A stretch of DNA of 8,692 nucleotides from a virus (taxonomy: Duplodnaviria > Heunggongvirae > Uroviricota > Caudoviricetes): the IMG/VR virus record IMGVR_UViG_2778261591_000007. One strand, 5' to 3'. Numbering within the stretch: the stretch's first letter is position 1; each line of letters begins with the position of its first letter. Positions 4,381 to 8,692 of the stretch are shown one piece after another. The notes under the pieces were generated by a model, which was not told the origin of the DNA, did not search any database, and worked only from the letters and a program-made list of their open reading frames with translations. The position numbers and the translations under genes are program-made.

Positions 4381-6291
4381 TTACTGCTGTGTTGCCTCAG
4401 TGGCAAGCAGCGGCCTGATGGCATTCGCAGCGTTATTCAGCGCTCTTTCATAGGCTGGCGTTCCAGCTTTAGTGTTTGCCAGACGTAAGAGAGCATTCCT
4501 TGCTGCTTTGGACTCATACAAGCGCATGATTGCACCGAAACCAGCCTCAAGTCCCAGTGATACACCAAGGGTTGCAGTTGCGCCAATCGTTCTAATCCTG
4601 TTAGCTTGCGATTGTCCTGTCTGTGTTACTACATTTGCGGCGTCCGACCTTGCTGTTTGCTGTAGAACTTCATGAAGAGCATCAAGCTCTTTCATGTGTC
4701 TCCCACTGAATATCGTGTTATAGATCTGACCGTCAGATTGCGACTTCAACTTATTTAACTCGGTAAGAAATTTTGTTGGCGAGTCTCCTGCTTTTTCTGC
4801 AATCTTGCTGATATAAGCAGCACGCATAGCGTTCTTTCCATCTTCACTAAGAGCTGGCCATATCCTCTTAATATCTGATGGTTTTCTGCTGAATACAACG
4901 CTGTTTATTAGCTCTGGAGTAAACTCTTTTTTAGCTTTGTTGAGATTATTCGCAATCCTTTTATTAAGAACCTTATTGAAGACGTTGGAGTAGTCAGAGT
5001 TTGCTTTGACGTATCTGGCGGCCTCTCCAGCCCCCAAATACCGCGCTGCGTTATTCCTCAAATCTGCCCCCATTGCCCTCTCCACGGCATCAGTTGCGGC
5101 TTTCGCGCTATTAGGAAAAACCATGGCATCTCCCTGAATACTTTCCCTCAAGGCTGACCGCAACTCTCTCAATAGACCAAAATCTATATCTGGTTTAGCA
5201 AGTTCTTCTCGCAAATCGGATAACCCGCGAATCAAATCCTTATTTGCCACTTTCCCAAGCCTATTAGCTCTGGTAAGTACGTTGTCGATAACCTTAATAG
5301 ATTTTGATGTGTCAACTGGTGTGTCTCCCATTTTGGCTGTAATGTCTTCAATAACGCTTCCGGCCGAATCCTTCCTTGACTTCAGAGAGCCATACAGATC
5401 GTCAACAACAACTGATGGACTATATTCACCATATTTCTCAAGCTGTTTTTTAACTAGCTGACTTCTTTTTGCATACTGCTCAGCTCGCTTTGAGCCTGTT
5501 CCCAGCAAAGCCCCCTCAGCATCCTGAGTAAGACCACGAGTGAAAGCATTTTTCGGCGGGATTACATCAGATGTCATTGGTGTCACGCCCATCGATTCTG
5601 ATGTGGCAATTTTCTTCGCCACTTCTGGTGCAATATCACCTTTAAAGGCAGTTATTCCACGCTCAAGCCCTTTTGCAACAGTATTAACAGCACCACCTGT
5701 TAGCATGCCAACACCTATATCTGTTGCCAGTTTTCCCGCATCATTTTTCTCACTGTTTGCGGCGAGCGATCCGACTGCGTTTTCTGCCAGAAGACGGGCT
5801 GCGCCTTGAGTAATTCGACCAGCAAGTGTTGGCGCCTGAGTTGAAGCGCCGCCAACGCCAACAGTAGCCAGGTAAGGCAATGCCTCCGCAAACACCCTAC
5901 CTTCTGTCGTTTGTGGAGTCAGAGCACCTTGCTGAAGTCCAAACGCCTGCTCTAATCCCTGAGTTGTTACTCGTGGCGCTGGTTGATATGTTCCATCGCC
6001 AATACCGAGTTTACCGCCAGCCCATGCCGCCGCGCTTGTTACAGCATCGGCAACTGATGCTGGTATATTTGCCACATTTACACCAGCCTGCACCAGTCCG
6101 CGACCAGTTTCTTTTACTGCTTCGCCGAGGTCAGACATAAATCCATCTTGCTGTTCTACAGGCTGCTTTTGGTTTTGAGTTGGTTGATTACTGGAGGACA
6201 GAATCTGAGCGATGCGACGTGCTCCCTCAGTATCACCAGCAGCATCAGCATTCCTTAACGCCGTCATCAATTGTTCACGACTATAGGCCAT
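4381..6291 (-). CDS. Ejection (injection) protein, P22 gp16-like
   Basis: 636-aa ORF (P22 gp16 is about 609 aa). Last gene of the ejection-protein block, directly upstream of the sieA/immI position as in P22. GGAGGG Shine-Dalgarno; its start overlaps the gp20-like stop (TAATG). Ala/Gly/Gln-rich composition typical of these proteins. Assignment rests on synteny and size, not a search. Confidence 0.7.
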   Translation of the reverse strand: MAYSREQLMTALRNADAAGDTEGARRIAQILSSSNQPTQNQKQPVEQQDGFMSDLGEAVKETGRGLVQAGVNVANIPASVADAVTSAAAWAGGKLGIGDGTYQPAPRVTTQGLEQAFGLQQGALTPQTTEGRVFAEALPYLATVGVGGASTQAPTLAGRITQGAARLLAENAVGSLAANSEKNDAGKLATDIGVGMLTGGAVNTVAKGLERGITAFKGDIAPEVAKKIATSESMGVTPMTSDVIPPKNAFTRGLTQDAEGALLGTGSKRAEQYAKRSQLVKKQLEKYGEYSPSVVVDDLYGSLKSRKDSAGSVIEDITAKMGDTPVDTSKSIKVIDNVLTRANRLGKVANKDLIRGLSDLREELAKPDIDFGLLRELRSALRESIQGDAMVFPNSAKAATDAVERAMGADLRNNAARYLGAGEAARYVKANSDYSNVFNKVLNKRIANNLNKAKKEFTPELINSVVFSRKPSDIKRIWPALSEDGKNAMRAAYISKIAEKAGDSPTKFLTELNKLKSQSDGQIYNTIFSGRHMKELDALHEVLQQTARSDAANVVTQTGQSQANRIRTIGATATLGVSLGLEAGFGAIMRLYESKAARNALLRLANTKAGTPAYERALNNAANAIRPLLATEATQQ

Positions 6292-7577
6292 TACTGCCCT
6301 CCGAGATATTTGCTAATTAATTCGTCATCGGACAATTGCTGTTGAGGTTGGCTATCGCCATAACTTGAGGAAAGAAAACGTTTTGCCGCAGAGTTCAATG
6401 ACTCACCCTTCTTAACATCCATCCCCATGATGTTTCGGTTGCGATCAGATTGTCCTGGGCTGCCATTTGCACTCATCCACTCTGACTTAAACTCGTTGAA
6501 CTTCGCGTTATTACTTTCCATTTTTGCCATACCCCTTAACCATCGAGCCATGACCATTGGATTATCCGTTTCGCTTGGAATGCCTTTCCTTGCAAACTCA
6601 ATATCCTTATCTGATGCAGGGCCGGGAGGGAGAAGTTTGGTTGCCTGCGCATTGGCTAGTTGGTTGAATCTAATCCGCATATCTCGGAGGTAGTTATTTT
6701 GCCCCGTAAGCTTAGAGAACATATTTTCAGCGTTACCGAACAAACCAGGAGTTGGCTTCTCCTTCTCCAGCGTGTCAGCGAGCGTTGTCATTGAATCGGC
6801 AGCATTACGACTAGCTGCCGCATCACCTGCTGATTTTTCTATAGCCTTTTCCATGTTCACTGATAATTTTGGCGCTGCATTAATAAGTTCCTCGGCCTTT
6901 TTTTGTGCCTGTTGTACTTCAAAACCGAATTTCTGCTTATCAAGTGCCAGTCTTTCTGCTGCAAGTCCGTGTCCGGTCATTGCTGACTGATAGGAAAGGT
7001 TTTGCCCTCTCGCCTGAAGTGCTTCTCCAGCCTGATTGCTGCGGATTTGCTCATTAAGCTGATCGCGTTTATGCTGCACATCAAACTGTTTATCCATAGG
7101 AAGAGTGGCAAGGCGGCTAGCATTTAACAGGCTATTAAACCTGCCCGGATCCTGTTGATAAAGCTGCCATGCGTCATCCTTACTCACACCAAGACTTGAT
7201 AATGCTGCGCTGTTGCTATTCAGAGCATTTGCAATTTCATTTGGATTTCCTGTAGATGCAGCAATTGATATTTTATTTAAAGCTGAATTAACAAATGCTG
7301 AATGCTCAGCACTCTGAATACCTAACTCCTGCTGTATAGCCTGAGTAAACTCAGGGAATTTTCGACGCAGAGAAGCAATTTGTTCAGGAGGCGTTTCATT
7401 AATAGCTTTATAGAATTCCTGCTGTCTGGCATCCTGCCGAATAGCCCGCTGGTTATCTATTCCCTGCGCTATACCTTGCTGTGTTGTGGCAAAGGTTTGA
7501 GCTTCTTTCAATCCTTCCAGTCTGAAGTCAGGAACTAATGACATCAGATTTAATGGGCTGCCAATACTATAAGCCAT
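6291..7577 (-). CDS. Ejection (injection) protein, P22 gp20-like
   Basis: 428-aa ORF (P22 gp20 is about 471 aa). AGGAGG Shine-Dalgarno; its start overlaps the upstream stop (TGATG). Sits between the gp7-like and gp16-like genes. Confidence 0.7.
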   Translation of the reverse strand: MAYSIGSPLNLMSLVPDFRLEGLKEAQTFATTQQGIAQGIDNQRAIRQDARQQEFYKAINETPPEQIASLRRKFPEFTQAIQQELGIQSAEHSAFVNSALNKISIAASTGNPNEIANALNSNSAALSSLGVSKDDAWQLYQQDPGRFNSLLNASRLATLPMDKQFDVQHKRDQLNEQIRSNQAGEALQARGQNLSYQSAMTGHGLAAERLALDKQKFGFEVQQAQKKAEELINAAPKLSVNMEKAIEKSAGDAAASRNAADSMTTLADTLEKEKPTPGLFGNAENMFSKLTGQNNYLRDMRIRFNQLANAQATKLLPPGPASDKDIEFARKGIPSETDNPMVMARWLRGMAKMESNNAKFNEFKSEWMSANGSPGQSDRNRNIMGMDVKKGESLNSAAKRFLSSSYGDSQPQQQLSDDELISKYLGGQ

Positions 7578-8239
7578 CAGAATAATCCTCCTAAAAATCC
7601 ACCAAACATGTTAGTGAAAGAGTTAACATCCTGAGATGCACCATTACCTAATGATGAGTTAGCACTGGCTGCCGTCTGCCATGGTAAGGCTTTTTGCGCC
7701 CCCCTGATTTGCCCTGATTCTCCTATGAGAGACGTTAAAACATTTGAGTTGTTTGCCGATGCTGCACTACCCATACCAGCAGCAGTTAACCCAACATTCG
7801 TTAACCCCATTAACTGGTTATACATATCCTGCTGCTCTGCTGTCTTCATGGAAAGATATTGCTGGCCTAATTGAGGGGCAATAGAAGCCAGCATATTTCC
7901 CGTAGCCGTTGACCCAAGCCCGCCTGTAGCTTCAGCAGATGCAAGCCCACTATAACGAGCCTGATCATTTAGGAGCTTGAATTCTTGCGAATTAAAGTAG
8001 TCGCCTAATAATTTATTTCGATCAATAGGAATGCCAGCAAGCTTTTGCAAACGAGGTAAAGCTGATTCGCCAACTTCACGATAAGGTTTTCCAAACGCTA
8101 TCTGCTGCTGATACATTTGCTCCTGAAGGTTTTGCTGCCTGTCATTAGCTTTTTTGTACTCTTTGCTTGCAGAATTAGCGCCTATTCCACCAAGTATCCC
8201 GCTAGCAGCATTTGTTACACCTTTAATTGCTCCGCCCAT
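7577..8239 (-). CDS. Ejection (injection) protein, P22 gp7-like
   Basis: Start chosen as ATG 8239..8237 with GGGGGAA upstream, giving about 220 aa (P22 gp7 is about 229 aa). The track's longer start at 8290 lacks a good SD and would overlap the upstream gene by 68 nt. Gly/Ala/Ser/Gln-rich. Confidence 0.6.
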   Translation of the reverse strand: MGGAIKGVTNAASGILGGIGANSASKEYKKANDRQQNLQEQMYQQQIAFGKPYREVGESALPRLQKLAGIPIDRNKLLGDYFNSQEFKLLNDQARYSGLASAEATGGLGSTATGNMLASIAPQLGQQYLSMKTAEQQDMYNQLMGLTNVGLTAAGMGSAASANNSNVLTSLIGESGQIRGAQKALPWQTAASANSSLGNGASQDVNSFTNMFGGFLGGLF

Positions 8240-8612
8240 GATATTCCCCCGGATCACGCCACATAATAAAAAAGGCGCTTTCGCGCCCATCTACAGTCTT
8301 TAGGGTTTGTATCGTTCGCTCGCCAAACCCCATTCTTCTGGCATAGTTGCATACTCTTGGTCTGTCGCTGATTATTACCGCCCGCAATTTATGGTGACCA
8401 AACATTTTAAGAATTGATTCACCAGCTTTTCTGCACTCACTCCATCTTCGTTTATCCATTGCAACATGGATGTCATAGAAGCCTGATTGTTTCACCATGG
8501 CAAATACGCAACACCCATCCCACAAATAATAGTTAGCCCCTGGATCAATCCACGATCTAACTCCCCACAATCTCATTAATTGTGAGCCTGTAATAGCGTC
8601 TATGTTTGTCAT
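8223..8612 (-). CDS. Hypothetical late protein at the position of P22 gene 14
   Basis: 129-aa ORF, ATG 8612..8610 overlapping the upstream gene's stop (ATGA). Sits immediately upstream of the gp7/gp20/gp16-like block. Assignment by synteny only. Confidence 0.45.
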   Translation of the reverse strand: MTNIDAITGSQLMRLWGVRSWIDPGANYYLWDGCCVFAMVKQSGFYDIHVAMDKRRWSECRKAGESILKMFGHHKLRAVIISDRPRVCNYARRMGFGERTIQTLKTVDGRESAFFIMWRDPGEYHGRSN

Positions 8613-8692
8613 TGTTCCGCAATGATTTTGATGGTTGTGGCAGTAAATGCCGCACCATTAGACTGAATGGTTAACGTGCTGCCATTTGTGGC
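8609..8692 (-). CDS. 3' end of an upstream late gene (partial; possibly tail needle gp26-like by position)
   Basis: Open frame from the window end to TGA at 8611..8609, encoding …ATNGSTLTIQSNGAAFTATTIKIIAEQ-stop. Identity is inferred from P22 gene order (26-14-7-20-16) only. Confidence 0.3.
   Translation of the reverse strand, partial: ATNGSTLTIQSNGAAFTATTIKIIAEQ

Noticed and set aside
3316-6990. Embedded track ORFs 3316..3501 (-), 4472..4675 (+), 5540..5809 (+), 5880..6140 (+), 6427..6693 (+), 6772..6990 (+)
   Set aside because: All lie inside, and in other frames of or antisense to, the Panacea-like gene or the large gp16-like and gp20-like genes. They have Ala/Pro/Arg-rich or repetitive translations typical of spurious frames in GC-richer coding DNA.
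7577-8290. Longer 237-aa start for the gp7-like gene
   Set aside because: The ATG at 8290 lacks a convincing SD and overlaps the upstream gene by 68 nt. The ATG at 8239 has a GGGGGAA SD. Not excluded, only less likely.
1-8692. CRISPR array, tRNA or rRNA gene, IS element or transposase, integrase or att site
   Set aside because: No spaced direct-repeat array, no tRNA-like cloverleaf region, no transposase- or integrase-like ORF and no terminal inverted repeats were seen. The whole window is explained by phage late, immunity and cargo genes.

Overview
This window reads as the right end of the late region of a P22-like podovirus or prophage (enterobacterial host), with the structural genes on the minus strand. 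From high to low coordinates: the C-terminal end of an upstream late gene, then gp14-like, gp7-like, gp20-like and gp16-like ejection protein genes (8692..4381), chained by overlapping stop/start codons. Next comes an AT-richer accessory island (about 2171..4380) where P22 carries sieA. Then the immI immunity region: mnt (+), a divergent promoter/operator region, arc and ant (-), and a candidate sar-like antisense RNA over the ant start. A strong terminator follows ant, and the conserved N-terminal head-binding domain of the tailspike runs off the window start. The best candidate for an undescribed system is in the island: a two-gene operon of a Panacea/DUF4065-like antitoxin-type protein translationally coupled to a basic, Cys/His-containing protein I cannot assign to a family. 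The island also holds two signal-peptide proteins, one of them split by an A9 homopolymer. All homology calls are from reading the translations and from recalled family signatures; no database search or computation was run.
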